Positions 50,438 through 59,732 of a stretch of 64,000 nucleotides of DNA are shown here, piece after piece. The notes below the pieces were generated by a model. That model ran no database searches. It saw nothing but the letters and a program-made list of their open reading frames with translations, and had not been told where the DNA came from. Source of the stretch: an uncultured Actinomycetes bacterium (GTDB lineage Bacteria; Actinomycetota; Actinomycetes; Nanopelagicales; Nanopelagicaceae). The translations under genes were made by a program, and so were the position numbers. Location: the NCBI GenBank assembly GCA_903836945.1, contig CAILSO010000003.1:3527-67526 (forward strand), in the 5' to 3' direction. Numbering within the stretch: the stretch's first letter is position 1; every line of letters begins with the position of its first letter.

Positions 50438-51016
50438 GTGCTACTAAGTGACCGCGATATCAAATCCGAAATCAGCGCTGGCCGCGTAAAGGTCGAACCC
50501 TTTGATGCCGGGATGGTCCAACCATCTTCGGTCGACGTTCGCCTCGATCGCTTCTTCCGCGTCTTTGAAAACCACAAGTATTCAGTTATCGACCCTTCAA
50601 TCGAGCAACCAGATCTAACTCGTGAAGTTGCTTGCGAGCCAGATGAAGAGTTCATTCTGCATCCAGGTGAATTCGTCCTTGCCTCAACTTATGAAGTAAT
50701 TACCTTGCCTGATGACATCGCGGCACGGCTTGAAGGAAAGTCATCACTAGGTCGCCTCGGCCTTTTGACTCACTCAACTGCCGGCTTTATCGATCCTGGA
50801 TTTTCGGGTCACATCACCCTCGAACTTTCAAATGTCGCAAATCTTCCAGTAAAGCTCTTTCCGGGAATGAAGATCGGACAGCTTTGTCTCATCAAACTCT
50901 CATCTCCTGCAGAGCATCCATATGGTTCGGCACTATATGGTTCTAGATATCAAGGTCAACGTGGCCCAACAGCCTCGAAGTCTTGGTTGAATTTTCACAA
51001 ATCAAAAATTCAATAA
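50438..51016 (+). CDS. dcd: dCTP deaminase
   Basis: 192 aa with a GTG start. It begins MLLSDRDI, and carries the PSSVDVRL and GFIDPGF.G..TLE motifs. Confidence 0.93.
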   Translation: MLLSDRDIKSEISAGRVKVEPFDAGMVQPSSVDVRLDRFFRVFENHKYSVIDPSIEQPDLTREVACEPDEEFILHPGEFVLASTYEVITLPDDIAARLEGKSSLGRLGLLTHSTAGFIDPGFSGHITLELSNVANLPVKLFPGMKIGQLCLIKLSSPAEHPYGSALYGSRYQGQRGPTASKSWLNFHKSKIQ

Positions 51017-51038
51017 TTAGTTTTTATTAGGAGTTGTT

Positions 51039-51593
51039 ATGAGTTCCACAATAATTGTTCTAGGAATCCTGGCTCTAATTTTAATTTTCTTAGTCGCAAG
51101 CTACAACCGGTTGATTCGCTTAAATGTAAGTGTCGATGAAGCCTTCTCGCAGATCGAAGTACAACTTAAGCGTCGATCTGATCTCATTCCAAATTTGGTA
51201 GAGTCTGTTAAGGGCTATGCCAAGCACGAAAATAGCGTCTTTGAAAACGTCGTCGCTGCTCGTGCAAAGGCCACAACTGCCACCACAGTTTCTGATGTAG
51301 CTGCGGCAGATGGCGCGCTTACCCAAGCGCTGCGCGGTTTGCTTGCAGTAACCGAGGCGTACCCAGATCTAAAGGCATCAACAAATTTCTTATCGCTACA
51401 AGAAGAGCTCTCCACAACGGAGAACAAAGTCTCATTTGCCCGCCAGTTCTATAACGACAATGTTCGTTCGTTAAATCAATCGGTGAAGACCTTTCCAGGC
51501 AATCTATTTGCGGGAGTTGCCAAGGTTAGCGCTCGCGATTTTTATGTCGTCGATGATCCACAAGATCGCAAGGCGCCAAACGTTAAGTTTTAA
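51039..51593 (+). CDS. lemA: LemA family protein
   Basis: 184 aa with an N-terminal TM helix and LemA signatures YNRLI, QLKRR.DLIPNLVE and YPDLKA. Confidence 0.9.
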   Translation: MSSTIIVLGILALILIFLVASYNRLIRLNVSVDEAFSQIEVQLKRRSDLIPNLVESVKGYAKHENSVFENVVAARAKATTATTVSDVAAADGALTQALRGLLAVTEAYPDLKASTNFLSLQEELSTTENKVSFARQFYNDNVRSLNQSVKTFPGNLFAGVAKVSARDFYVVDDPQDRKAPNVKF

Positions 51594-51595
51594 AA

Positions 51596-52507
51596 ATGCC
51601 TAATTTTCGCCAACTTCAATTAGCGAATCAACGCAAAACCTTTGGCCTGCTTCTTGGCATGGCCGTTCTGGTCTTTGTTGTTATCTACGCAGCACTTAAC
51701 TATTTCGGCAAAACTGGAATTGGCTTAGTTCCATTCGCTGTTGGCATGGCGCTAATTTCAGTCTGGGGTTCTTACTATGCCTCCGACACCATTGTTTTAA
51801 CTATGACTGGTGCGCGGGAAATTCAAAGTTCAGATAACCCAAAACTCTTTGATTTAATTCAAGAGGTCTGTATTGCTAGCGGTCTTTCGATGCCAAAGGT
51901 GGCAATTGTTGAGGATCGCGCTCCTAATGCCTTTGCTACCGGTCGAAATCCGGCGAAAGCGGTAATCGCATTCACAACGGGAATTTTGGACGTAATGGAT
52001 CGCGACGAATTACAAGGCGTTATTGCCCACGAACTTTCACATGTAAAAAATCGCGACACTTTGGTATCTGCCATTGCTGCAACTACTGCTGGGGCAATCG
52101 CACTTCTTAGTGATTTCATCATGAGGATGATGTGGTTCGGCGGCAATCGCGATCGCGAAGATAATGGAAATCAAAATCCATTGGCTCTTGTTGCATCCCT
52201 AATTGTTTTGATTTTGGCACCACTTGCTGCACTTTTACTTCGTTCGGCGATTTCAAGAAAGCGCGAGGCCCTTGCCGATGCCACCGCAGTCGCCTTCACT
52301 AGAAACCCAGCTGGACTTCGCCGTGCGCTTGAAGTCTTGCAACAAGATTCGACGGTCGTAGATCAAAGATCTACCGCGGTTGCGCATATTTGGATTGAAT
52401 CACCGTTAGATCAATCAAGTGTCTCTAAATTGTTTGCTACCCATCCACCATTATCGGAACGAATTGCGACGCTTCGGGCGATGGAAGCTAATCCAAACTT
52501 GAATTAG
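51596..52507 (+). CDS. htpX: M48-family zinc metalloprotease HtpX-like
   Basis: 303 aa with TM helices and the HELSHV zinc motif. It starts 2 nt after lemA. Confidence 0.88.
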   Translation: MPNFRQLQLANQRKTFGLLLGMAVLVFVVIYAALNYFGKTGIGLVPFAVGMALISVWGSYYASDTIVLTMTGAREIQSSDNPKLFDLIQEVCIASGLSMPKVAIVEDRAPNAFATGRNPAKAVIAFTTGILDVMDRDELQGVIAHELSHVKNRDTLVSAIAATTAGAIALLSDFIMRMMWFGGNRDREDNGNQNPLALVASLIVLILAPLAALLLRSAISRKREALADATAVAFTRNPAGLRRALEVLQQDSTVVDQRSTAVAHIWIESPLDQSSVSKLFATHPPLSERIATLRAMEANPNLN

Positions 52508-52516
52508 TTTTAAGTC

Positions 52517-53980
52517 TTAGTTTTGAATTGGAAAGTGCAAGGTAAAAGTAGCGCCTGCCCCAACTTCGGATTCAACGTTAACGCTGCCACCGTGGGCCTT
52601 CATTACTGCATCAACAATTGCCAAACCAAGTCCGCTTCCCTCACCACTATTTCTAACGCGGGAAGGATCAGCGCGGAAGAATCTTTCAAAGATTCGTGAT
52701 TGATCTTCCTTAGGTAACCCTGGTCCGTTATCACTTACTGAAATCGTTGTTTCATTCTCGTCTTGAATTATCGCCACAACAATCTTTGTTCCGGCTGGGG
52801 TATGTGTTCGGGCATTGGCTAATAAATTTGCTACGGCTTGGTGAATTCGCATGGAGTCACCTAAGACAAAGATATCTTCCCCGCCGACAATTGTTATTTC
52901 ATGATCTTTACCGGCAGCCCTAGCCGATTCAACGCATTCGTATATTAAATGTTGAATATCAACTGGATCCTTGGCAAATGAAGGAGTCTGGTCTAACCGC
53001 GCTAGCAACAAGAGGTCTTCAACCAAAGAGCTCATGCGGATTGATTCGTTCTCAATTCGACCAACTAATTCTTTTACTTTATCGGCGCCTTCAACTGCAC
53101 CTTGTCTATGCAATTCTGCAAAACCGCGAATTGCAGTAAGTGGGGTGCGAAGTTCGTGGCTGGCATCGGCAACAAAGCGACGTAAGCGATCTTCTGATTC
53201 CCGGCGAACGGCAAAGGTATCTTCGATTCGGCTTAACATCGTATTTAGCGAACCAGTTAAGCTACCAACTTCAGTATTTGGATTTACTTCTGGCAGACGA
53301 GCCGATAAATCCCCATCGGCGATCGCCGCAGCAGTATCTTCAATTTGATTTAGTGGCCGCAGGCTTAGATATATTAATACCCAACCAATTGCGGTGATAA
53401 AAATTAGTGCAAAGCCACCGATCAAAATATAGAGCAGGGTTAATTCACCAAGCGTCTTATTAACATCATTTAATGAGAGCGATACAACGACCGTTCCGAT
53501 TCCTGATGGAAGTAGTTTTGCGACAACGCGCACCGGAGCTTGGCCCGATTCACCATCTAAGGTAAATGGGCGGCCTTGATGCGAGACAACTTCGGCAGGT
53601 GTTAATTCTTTAAAAATATTATTTGCGGTATCAGCTGAAATGTCGCCACCTAGATGTCCAACCACGGTCCCGGTGAGATCTAGCAAAGTTACTCGGACTT
53701 GAGTTGGGACTGCGCCTAGTGGGCGCACCGGCTTGAAGCCACCACCGTCATCGCCACCACCATTAGCATTTGGATCAATTCCCGCACGGTCAAGACGCAT
53801 GAGTGAATTTCCAGTGATGGTATTTAACTGGGAATCTACTTGTTTGATTAAGAAAGAGCGAAGAAGTGTTCCGGCAGCAAAATCAGAGGAGATGATCGCA
53901 ACCGCCGATAGCGAAATTGTGGCAAGGATTAGTCGATTGCGAAGCGACCAATTTGAAATGCCAATCTTGCCCAATTTCAC
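52517..53980 (-). CDS. Two-component sensor histidine kinase (HAMP-HisKA-HATPase)
   Basis: 487 aa with two TM helices flanking an extracytoplasmic loop and the H-box SHELRTPLTAI. The N, G1 and G2 boxes are NLLANA, DNGPGL and GSGLGL. Confidence 0.9.
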   Translation of the reverse strand: MKLGKIGISNWSLRNRLILATISLSAVAIISSDFAAGTLLRSFLIKQVDSQLNTITGNSLMRLDRAGIDPNANGGGDDGGGFKPVRPLGAVPTQVRVTLLDLTGTVVGHLGGDISADTANNIFKELTPAEVVSHQGRPFTLDGESGQAPVRVVAKLLPSGIGTVVVSLSLNDVNKTLGELTLLYILIGGFALIFITAIGWVLIYLSLRPLNQIEDTAAAIADGDLSARLPEVNPNTEVGSLTGSLNTMLSRIEDTFAVRRESEDRLRRFVADASHELRTPLTAIRGFAELHRQGAVEGADKVKELVGRIENESIRMSSLVEDLLLLARLDQTPSFAKDPVDIQHLIYECVESARAAGKDHEITIVGGEDIFVLGDSMRIHQAVANLLANARTHTPAGTKIVVAIIQDENETTISVSDNGPGLPKEDQSRIFERFFRADPSRVRNSGEGSGLGLAIVDAVMKAHGGSVNVESEVGAGATFTLHFPIQN

Positions 53981-53994
53981 TTCTAAAGTTTACT

Positions 53995-54732
53995 TTATTT
54001 TGTTGGGGCGATTCGCATGCGATAGCCAACGCCGCGCACCGTATGGATTAGCGCAGGTTCGTAGATATCAATCTTCTTTCGAAGGTATGAGACATATGTT
54101 TCTACGATGCCAGCATCGCCACGAAAATCATATTGCCAAACATGATCCAAGATCTGGGACTTACTTACAACGCGATCTGCATTGATCATCAAGTAGCGAA
54201 GCAATAAAAATTCAGTAGGAGATAGTTCGATTAAATTACCAGCGCGGCGAACTTCATGTGTGGCTTCATCTAATTCTAAATCGGCAAAACGAATCTTCTC
54301 TTCATCGATATCGCTTTCAACAACGCCGATACGACGAAGTAGTGCACGTAAACGTGCTACAAGTTCTTCTAGGCTAAATGGTTTTGTAACGTAATCATCG
54401 CCACCAATGGTTAATCCTTGAATCTTGTCTTCAACGGTATCTTTTGCGGTTAAGAATAAGACGCCAACGTTGTGGCCATCTTGACGAAGCTGGCGACAGA
54501 CATCAAAACCATTTTGATCCGGCAACATCACATCAAGGATTAGCGCATGAGGCTTGAACTCTTCGGCAATTGCGAGCGCTTGTGAACCGGAGGCCGCGGT
54601 GCGAACTTCAAAGCCAACGAAACGAAGGCTGGTGGCGATTAACTCACTGATATTGCTCTCATCATCAACGACAAGGATCCTTGAAGTTTGGGAGGTAGCA
54701 GCTTTGGTGGGTGCGGTTGCGGTCTTAGTCAT
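53995..54732 (-). CDS. OmpR/PhoB-family response regulator
   Basis: 245 aa with a receiver domain (VVDDE...LDVMLPD...) and a winged-helix output domain (LSPTEF.LLRYL...VRGVGY). Confidence 0.92.
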   Translation of the reverse strand: MTKTATAPTKAATSQTSRILVVDDESNISELIATSLRFVGFEVRTAASGSQALAIAEEFKPHALILDVMLPDQNGFDVCRQLRQDGHNVGVLFLTAKDTVEDKIQGLTIGGDDYVTKPFSLEELVARLRALLRRIGVVESDIDEEKIRFADLELDEATHEVRRAGNLIELSPTEFLLLRYLMINADRVVSKSQILDHVWQYDFRGDAGIVETYVSYLRKKIDIYEPALIHTVRGVGYRMRIAPTK

Positions 54733-54874
54733 GTCGTAAGAATCTACCGCGGGGCTGGGAGTTTTCTGAGAACTAGCCGAATTTGGCCTACGATTTTCGA
54801 GGCAGAGTTATCCCCAGTAGTTATCCACGGTGTGGAGAATTACAGGAGTGTAATTAGCGCTTTTTAGCGGCCTA

Positions 54875-55132
54875 TTAACGCCAGCGTGTAGCTAGCGAGA
54901 AGCCGAAGGCGATAAAGCCAAAGCCACAGACCATATTCCAGGCCCCAATATGAGGAATTGGGTACTTGGTCGCGCTTACGTAGAAGATAACGATCCAAAT
55001 CAGGCCAGCGATAAAGGCTGCGACCATGGTTGGGGCTAACCACTTTGGGCTCTCGGTTGGGAGGGCTGGAGTGTTAACAACCTTCTCAGATACGAAGGCC
55101 TTATCTTTCTTACGCACGCGTGATTTAGGCAT
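54875..55132 (-). CDS. crgA: Cell division membrane protein CrgA
   Basis: 85 aa starting MPKSRVRKK, with two TM helices and a C-terminal TRWR, typical of actinobacterial CrgA. Confidence 0.88.
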   Translation of the reverse strand: MPKSRVRKKDKAFVSEKVVNTPALPTESPKWLAPTMVAAFIAGLIWIVIFYVSATKYPIPHIGAWNMVCGFGFIAFGFSLATRWR

Positions 55133-55159
55133 GGTCGAAGGTTACACCAGAATAAGTTC

Positions 55160-55882
55160 ATGGAAAGTACCCAGGACTACCAAACCGCAATCTCCTGGGC
55201 CCATGAAATTTTAGGTCCGGTTAATACGCCGCGTTTTTACATCCCACCCAAGCGCCTAGATAAAGCAGTTAGGGATGAGCAGAATTTTTCTTTTATTTTA
55301 AAGCCCGATCCATCTGATGGGATGAAGTACGGCCAAGCCTTTGGAAAGGCGCCAATCGTTATAAATGGTTGGGATAAGTGCGCCTTAGATGCGAGCGATG
55401 CACCAATTGAATCAATTGAATCAAGTGAATTTGGTGGCCTTGTTGAAAAAAATCGCTGGGATTTTTATGCCGCCGATACCAAAGATTTTGGAACTAACTT
55501 TGAAGAGCTAAAAGATGATGCCTACATTTCAAAATTCTTAGAAGAAAATACCGATGGTTCTTCAGTGATGCCGGGCGATACCGAAATCCTATTTTGGGCA
55601 AGTGTTGGGAGAGATGCGCTCGCAGCTGTTGTTCAATGGGAGTCCGGTGCATACATAATTGCTTCGGTTGCCACAAAAATTTCAGAACGCGGTAAAGGTT
55701 TAGCAACGCAATTAATTCAGCAAATCATGACCGAACTACATCATCGTGGAATTGATCAAGTTGGACTAGGTGTGGCACATAAAAATATTGCGGCTAAAAA
55801 AGTCTATGAAAGATGCGGTTTTAAACCACTATCTACCTTTATTAATTATTTTTCAGAAAGCTGGCTCGAGAGTCACAAGTGA
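55160..55882 (+). CDS. GNAT-family N-acetyltransferase with an uncharacterised ~150-aa N-terminal region
   Basis: The C-terminal acetyl-CoA-binding core is RGKGLATQLIQ...AKKVYERCGF. I recognise no motif in the N-terminal half. Confidence 0.7.
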   Translation: MESTQDYQTAISWAHEILGPVNTPRFYIPPKRLDKAVRDEQNFSFILKPDPSDGMKYGQAFGKAPIVINGWDKCALDASDAPIESIESSEFGGLVEKNRWDFYAADTKDFGTNFEELKDDAYISKFLEENTDGSSVMPGDTEILFWASVGRDALAAVVQWESGAYIIASVATKISERGKGLATQLIQQIMTELHHRGIDQVGLGVAHKNIAAKKVYERCGFKPLSTFINYFSESWLESHK

Positions 55883-56671
55883 AACTTCTGGTGGGCAAGC
55901 CACGCGGATTCGGGCAAATGGCGAAGTTCCCACTCCAGCACTGACGTGTAACCATGGTTGATCTTTCTCTTTAGTTAAACCGCGGGCTCGCCAATTCGGT
56001 AGATCACAATTGGTTGTTAACGCTTTACTCTCACCAAACCATGGCAATCGAACTTGCCCACCATGTGTGTGACCGGCAAAAATTAAATCAAGTTGATCGG
56101 CCGACATCGCATCCAAAATTCGCAGGTACGGAGCATGGGTTACACCGATTGCTAAATCTGCAGATATGTCCGGTGCCCCAGCAACCTCGTTGTAGTTATC
56201 AAGATTCAAGTGAGCATCATCAGTGCCGCGCGCCTCAATAGTTGTGTCATTAATTTTCAGTGTTGTACGGCTGTGGTTTAGATCGACCCAACCAAGACCG
56301 GTGAGTGATTTCTGCAATCCCTGCCAATCTAAATCTGGTCCCAGTTTTCGCTTTCCATGATCCTTCATCAAATATGAAAATGGATTTTTTGGTTTCGGAC
56401 CGTAGTAATCATTTGAACCAAAGACAAAGAGACCGGGCAGATCCAACAAATCGCCAAGCGCTGAAAGCACAACTGGAACCGCATCTTTGTGGGCGAGAAA
56501 ATCGCCGGTGCTAATGACTAGGTCAGGGGCGAGTTCGGCAAAGGATTTAATATCTGCGATCTCTCGTTTGCGGGCTGGACTTAAATGGAGATCGGAAAAA
56601 TGCAACACGCGAATCGGGCGTTGGCCCGCAGGCAAAACCGGTACCGAAACTTCGCGTAGTTGATAACTCAT
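55853..56671 (-). CDS. Metallophosphoesterase
   Basis: 272 aa with calcineurin-like motifs HFSDLH, GDF, GSNDY and GHTHGGQ. Confidence 0.88.
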   Translation of the reverse strand: MSYQLREVSVPVLPAGQRPIRVLHFSDLHLSPARKREIADIKSFAELAPDLVISTGDFLAHKDAVPVVLSALGDLLDLPGLFVFGSNDYYGPKPKNPFSYLMKDHGKRKLGPDLDWQGLQKSLTGLGWVDLNHSRTTLKINDTTIEARGTDDAHLNLDNYNEVAGAPDISADLAIGVTHAPYLRILDAMSADQLDLIFAGHTHGGQVRLPWFGESKALTTNCDLPNWRARGLTKEKDQPWLHVSAGVGTSPFARIRVACPPEVSLVTLEPAF

Positions 56672-56691
56672 AGGCGTGAGAAGATACCGCT

Positions 56692-57141
56692 ATGGGACTA
56701 AAAGAGACACTTCAAAGCGACTTAACCGAGGCAATTCGTGGCCGAGATGAAGTTACATCCGGAACTATCCGTATGGTTTTGGCAGCAATCACCAACGAGG
56801 AAGTTTCTGGGAAAGTAGCCCGCGTCCTAGCCGATGCTGAAATTATTACCGTTTTATCTCGCGAAGCCAAGAAGCGTCGCGAAGCCGCTGAAGCATATAA
56901 AGATGCTGGCCGCGCCGATAAAGCAGAAGCTGAAACTAATGAAGGCAAAGTCATTGCCAAATATCTACCTGCGCAATTATCTGAAGATGAAGTTAAAAAA
57001 ATTGTTGCTGATGCAATTGACGAAGTCGGCGCAACTGGGCCGCAAGATATGGGCAAAGTTATGAAGATTGTTCAACCAAAGACAGCTGGCAAAGCCGATG
57101 GTGGTTTTGTCTCCGGACTAGTGAAAGCAGCACTTAACTAA
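56692..57141 (+). CDS. GatB/YqeY domain protein
   Basis: 149 aa with YqeY-like sequence (L..DL..A.R......T.R......NEEV...REAKKRREAAEAY..AGR...A..E). Confidence 0.85.
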   Translation: MGLKETLQSDLTEAIRGRDEVTSGTIRMVLAAITNEEVSGKVARVLADAEIITVLSREAKKRREAAEAYKDAGRADKAEAETNEGKVIAKYLPAQLSEDEVKKIVADAIDEVGATGPQDMGKVMKIVQPKTAGKADGGFVSGLVKAALN

Positions 57142-57299
57142 TGACTAAATATGAATATGTAACAGTTCCTTTGCTTTCACATGCCACAAAACAAATTTTA
57201 GATACTTGGGGTTCTGAGGGTTGGGAACTTGTTCAAGTTGTTCCAGCACCAGGAAGCGGCGAACAACTCGTTGCTTACATGAAGCGAGAGGCAAAATAA
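57141..57299 (+). CDS. Small DUF4177-like protein
   Basis: The gene is below the ORF-track cutoff. My translation is MTKYEYVTVPLLSHATKQILDTWGSEGWELVQVVPAPGSGEQLVAYMKREAK (52 aa). Its start overlaps the yqeY stop (TAATG), and its stop abuts the next start (TAAATG). Confidence 0.7.
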   Translation: MTKYEYVTVPLLSHATKQILDTWGSEGWELVQVVPAPGSGEQLVAYMKREAK

Positions 57300-57764
57300 A
57301 TGGCTGATGTCCGCGCAAAGTTAAAAGAACTTGGTCTAGAACTTCCAGTTGCTGCGCTTCCACTTGCGGCATATGTCCCAGCAGTTCGTACCGGAAATTT
57401 AGTTTTCACAGCAGGCCAACTTCCATTGCTTGATGGAAAGATTCCATTCACCGGAAAAGTTGATGGTGGCGTAACACCGGATCAAGCAAAAGAACTTGCC
57501 CAACTATGTGCGCTAAATGCGTTAGCAGCGATTCAATTAGTTGCCAAAGTTGACGACATTGAACGCGTCGTTCAGGTGCGCGGATTTGTTAATGGGGCGC
57601 CAGGATTTATCGGACACCCAGGTGTTATTAACGGCGCATCAGAATTGTTTATCAAGATCTGGGGCGATGTAAATGGCAAGCATGCTCGCACTGCAATTGG
57701 TGTCGCTGAACTTCCATTGGATGCACCAGTTGAAGTTGAAGTGGTTGTAGAACTTAAGAAGTAA
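57300..57764 (+). CDS. RidA/YjgF-family protein
   Basis: 154 aa with a YjgF/chorismate-mutase-like fold pattern (G.L.FTAGQLP...ARTAIGVAELPLDA.VE). Confidence 0.82.
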   Translation: MADVRAKLKELGLELPVAALPLAAYVPAVRTGNLVFTAGQLPLLDGKIPFTGKVDGGVTPDQAKELAQLCALNALAAIQLVAKVDDIERVVQVRGFVNGAPGFIGHPGVINGASELFIKIWGDVNGKHARTAIGVAELPLDAPVEVEVVVELKK

Positions 57765-58463
57765 TTATTTGCCGCGCTTGGAAAGGCGCTCGACATCAAT
57801 TACAACAACGGCACGTGGTTCTAAGCGAACCCAGCCGCGACCAGCAAAATCAGCCAACGCCTTATTTACAGTTTCGCGCGATGCGCCAACTAATTGGGCG
57901 AGTTCTTCCTGCGTTAAATCGTGATTAACATGCAGGCCATCATCTTTCTGAACACCAAAGCGAGTTCCAAGATCCATGATTGCTTTTGCAACGCGACCAG
58001 GGACATCAGAGAAAACTAAATCGGCTAAAACTTCATTAGTGCGACGAAGACGCTGTGCTAAACGACCTAAAAGTTGAAGTGAGACTTGTGGGTGCTCGGT
58101 AACCCAACCAATAACTTGATCGTGTGCGAGTGCAAGCAAACGCGCATCGGTAACCGCGGTCGCGGTTGCAGTACGTGGTCCTGGGTCAAAGAGTGAGAGT
58201 TCGCCAAACATTTCGCCAGGTCCGAGGATTGATAAAAGGTTTTCCCGGCCATCAACAGAGGATGTTCCGAGTTTTAATTTGCCATCGACAACAACATATA
58301 AACGATCGCCAGCGTCGCCCTCTTTGAAAAGGGTATTTCCTTTTGAGACTTTAACTGGGGTCATTGATGCGCGAAGTGAAGCTGCAGATGCATCATCAAG
58401 CGCACTAAAAAGCGGCGCCTTTCTTACTACAGCGTCATCATTGATCTCTTTTGCACTGGCCAC
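57765..58463 (-). CDS. crp: cAMP receptor protein (Crp/Fnr family)
   Basis: It closely resembles mycobacterial Crp: GDRLY.V..GK.K......DGRENLL.I.GPGEMFGELS.FDPGPRTA.A and the HTH RETVNKALADFAGRGW. The ORF is open to 58556. That N-terminal extension has no counterpart in known Crp and collides with nth, so I prefer GTG 58461-58463. Confidence 0.88.
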   Translation of the reverse strand: MASAKEINDDAVVRKAPLFSALDDASAASLRASMTPVKVSKGNTLFKEGDAGDRLYVVVDGKLKLGTSSVDGRENLLSILGPGEMFGELSLFDPGPRTATATAVTDARLLALAHDQVIGWVTEHPQVSLQLLGRLAQRLRRTNEVLADLVFSDVPGRVAKAIMDLGTRFGVQKDDGLHVNHDLTQEELAQLVGASRETVNKALADFAGRGWVRLEPRAVVVIDVERLSKRGK

Positions 58464-58518
58464 AGGTGAAAGGTACTCCCAATGGCAGTCGAACTCTAAT
58501 CGAGATAATCTGATCGCC

Positions 58519-59214
58519 ATGAGCCGGGGAGCTGATGGGAAAAATGCAATAGCCATTTATCGCGGCCTCACCAAGTATTACCCAGATGTTAAATGCGAGT
58601 TAGATTTTCAGACACCTTTTCAATTACTGGTCGCTACAGTTTTATCAGCGCAATGCACCGATAAGCGAGTCAATCAAGTTACGCCAAAACTTTTTAAACT
58701 ATACCCAACCCCTAAAAAGATGGCGGCGGCGAAGATTGCTAGTGTTGAAGAATTGATTCACTCAACTGGTTTCTTTCGCGCCAAGGCACGTCACTTAGTT
58801 GAGCTCTCGCAGAAATTAGTTTCAGATTTCGATGGCGAAGTTCCGCCGATTCAAAGTGAATTAATTAAATTGCCAGGAGTCGGTCGCAAGACGGCAAATG
58901 TTGTTTTAGGGCATGCCTTCAATATTCCTGGAATCACTGTCGATACTCACTTTGGCAGATTGTCACGTCGCTTTGGTTGGAGTGAGTCACAAGATCCGGT
59001 GAAGGTGGAGCACGATGTTGAAAATTTAATTCCGGAAAAGGAATGGACCAATCTCTCACAGCGAATGATCTGGCATGGCCGGCGAATCTGTCATTCACGA
59101 AAGCCCGCCTGTGGTGCCTGCCCAATCGCTAAGTTGTGTCCTTCATATGGAATTGGCGAAAGCGATAAAGTTAAAGCCTTAGCTTTAGTAAAGAGAGATG
59201 AGGACTTTAGATGA
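58519..59214 (+). CDS. nth: Endonuclease III
   Basis: It has the HhH-GPD motif LPGVGRKTANVV and the 4Fe-4S loop CHSRKPACGACPIAKLC. I trimmed the ORF-track entry (58279) to ATG 58519 (MSRGADG), because the upstream part is antisense to crp. Confidence 0.9.
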   Translation: MSRGADGKNAIAIYRGLTKYYPDVKCELDFQTPFQLLVATVLSAQCTDKRVNQVTPKLFKLYPTPKKMAAAKIASVEELIHSTGFFRAKARHLVELSQKLVSDFDGEVPPIQSELIKLPGVGRKTANVVLGHAFNIPGITVDTHFGRLSRRFGWSESQDPVKVEHDVENLIPEKEWTNLSQRMIWHGRRICHSRKPACGACPIAKLCPSYGIGESDKVKALALVKRDEDFR

Positions 59215-59732
59215 AACGCATCTTTATTCTCGCACTCTCGTTACTTTTTATTTCCGCGAATACTTCATTCGCCGCCCCAACCGGTTCGGTAGTTTCGTGC
59301 GCGAATATTGCAACGGATTCAAGCAAGACAAAGGGAACTTCGCTTGCTTGCTTAGCCGGCGGCAAACCAGTTCTTCTTGAAAGTATTAAAGGCCCAGCAA
59401 TTATTAATGTTTGGGGCTCTTGGTGTATTCCATGTCGCCAAGAGATGCCGCACTTTGTAGCGTTAGCTAAATTAAAGAAAGTCACAATTATCGGAATTGA
59501 TGTTGAAGAGGCGAATCTGGCAGCTGGCAAGAACTTTGTTCTAGCTCATGGAATGAATTGGCCAATTCTCTTCGATCCAGATGGCCGTACTAAAAGTGCA
59601 TTTGGGATGGGTGTTCCAGTTACCTGGTTTCTAAATAATAAGTCGGTAATTGTCTATCGCCAGATTGGAATAATTAATTCAGATCAACTTTTATTTAACG
59701 AAGTTAGTAAGTATCTAAAGATCAAAATATGA
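59211..59732 (+). CDS. TlpA/ResA-like secreted thiol:disulfide oxidoreductase
   Basis: 173 aa with a signal peptide (MKRIFILALSLLFISANTSFA) and the WGSWCIPC active site. Confidence 0.85.
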   Translation: MKRIFILALSLLFISANTSFAAPTGSVVSCANIATDSSKTKGTSLACLAGGKPVLLESIKGPAIINVWGSWCIPCRQEMPHFVALAKLKKVTIIGIDVEEANLAAGKNFVLAHGMNWPILFDPDGRTKSAFGMGVPVTWFLNNKSVIVYRQIGIINSDQLLFNEVSKYLKIKI

